From: Eremomyces bilateralis CBS 781.70 | Taxonomy: Eukaryota | DNA: 64,000 bases | Reading direction: 5' to 3' (one strand) | NCBI GenBank assembly: GCA_010015585.1 | Contig: ML975159.1 | Shown: positions 62,757 to 64,000 of the stretch, one piece after another | Layout of the letters: every line of letters begins with the position of its first letter | Numbering within the stretch: the first letter of the stretch is position 1 | Made by a program: the position numbers and the translations under genes | Notes under the pieces: generated by a model | Seen by the model: the letters and a program-made list of their open reading frames with translations, nothing else | Database searches by the model: none | Told to the model about the DNA's origin: nothing

Positions 62757-64000
62757 TCATGACCCTCCTGCTCCCCGACTCTCCTCCTCGACCACTCGAT
62801 TCTTCTTGGGTTCCCGATAACCATTCGCCTTCGGAGGCATATATTCAACGAGAACTCTCAGCCCAATTACCATTACAAACAGGAAGGCCCAGGCAAAATA
62901 CCCCCAAAGGATTTGACGCCGCACGCCGAGTGCAAAGATGCTGGAAAACGCGGCCGGGGCAACCGCCCGGATTCCCGCCACTATCATCAAGGCGAGCGCG
63001 TTCAGCGTCCCTAAACTCCGCGTGGACGGGGAGATGGAATTCAGTGCGAGCTGGACGCCGGCTAGTACATAGTTAGACACCATCCACGTAACGCAGCAAT
63101 ATCATGCATAAGAAAGGGGAATACATACTAAACGTCATACTAAACCCCGAGCCAATAATCATCACAATAAACACCACGATCCAAAATGCAGTCTCATACC
63201 CCATCCGCCGTAACACACTCGCCCCAGGAAACCCCAGATACAGAAACGGCGCCCACGACGAGGCCAGCTTCAGCACGCCGATCGTCCCCAGGCGTCTGTT
63301 CAGGGGCGGAAACACGATCAGGATCCACAGCGCCTGGCTGACGCCGCTGACGGCGAGCAGCATGGAGATCTGAACGGGGCGGAACCCGAAGCCGCCGAGG
63401 TGAGGCGGGGTGAACCAGAAGACGGGGCAGATGGCGGTGTAGGCGAGGGCGCAGAGCGAGACGAGGGAGTAGACGGAGAGGACGGGGGTCACGCCAGGGA
63501 AGCGGAGGATTTGGAGAGTGGTGAGAGTGTCGGGCTGTTGAGGTTCGTTGCTGGCTTGGGATGGCGTGGAGCCATTGGATTGCGCTGGTGCATTTGTGTT
63601 GACGGTGGGTTGGGCACTTGAGTTCGTGGACCCGTTCTCTTCAATCAGAGGCTTCTTTTGCCTCGGTGGAAGGGTTTCTTTAACGAACAGCAGCGACGTA
63701 AGCGTCGCGGATAATCCGAAAATCCCAGTGAAAATCGTCGGGAGCGCATATGGATACGTCTCGAGGAACGTTCCCCTAAACAGGCTCGGAAACTGATCCG
63801 CTGGATTTGCCAATGCCCCACCGATGAGCGGCCCCAGGAAGATGCCTAAATTCCCCGAGAACGCGAACCAACTGAACGCCCTCGCTTGGGTCTTCGGAGT
63901 GCTGTTCTCGGTGATCATCGTGCGCACCGTGACGATCGTCCCGGAGAACACTCCCGCGATGCATCGGAAGACGATCATTTGAGTCACGGATTGAGAGAAT
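62757..64000 (-). CDS. Major facilitator superfamily transporter (DHA1-like); 5' end outside window
   Basis: FRCIAGVFSG..VTVRTMITE, QARAFSWFAF.GNLGIFLGPLIGG.LANP, YPYALP, GGFGF, multiple TM helices. Intron ~63126-63063. Confidence 0.9.

Overview
Intron-rich genomic DNA from a filamentous ascomycete (Pezizomycotina). The intact core genes are a YPP1/TTC7-like gene (partial), RIX1, a full-length ABCB/MDR exporter paired divergently with a Zn2Cys6 transcription factor, a PhoD alkaline phosphatase, a CorA/ALR Mg2+ transporter, an EEP/TDP2-like phosphodiesterase, RIC8, an AZUL-HECT E3 ligase, TFB3, BUD27, GUF1, a large GPI-type cell-wall protein, a membrane-anchored aspartic-protease-like protein and a partial MFS transporter. 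Decayed material sits between them: a doubly frameshifted Cys-rich GPI gene, an F-box-like pseudogene, and an inverted decayed copy of part of BUD27 behind an orphan gene. An ~8 kb decay island (45.0-53.2 kb) holds a 5'-truncated alpha/beta-hydrolase pseudogene, a P450 pseudogene, a CTF1-beta-like TF pseudogene and probable LINE relics. The most novel-looking signal is in that island: two partial HDV-ribozyme-like folds and two sequence-unrelated pseudoknot motifs of similar topology next to the LINE-like 5' ends. All family calls come from recognising motifs by eye, with no database search, and exon boundaries were inferred manually.
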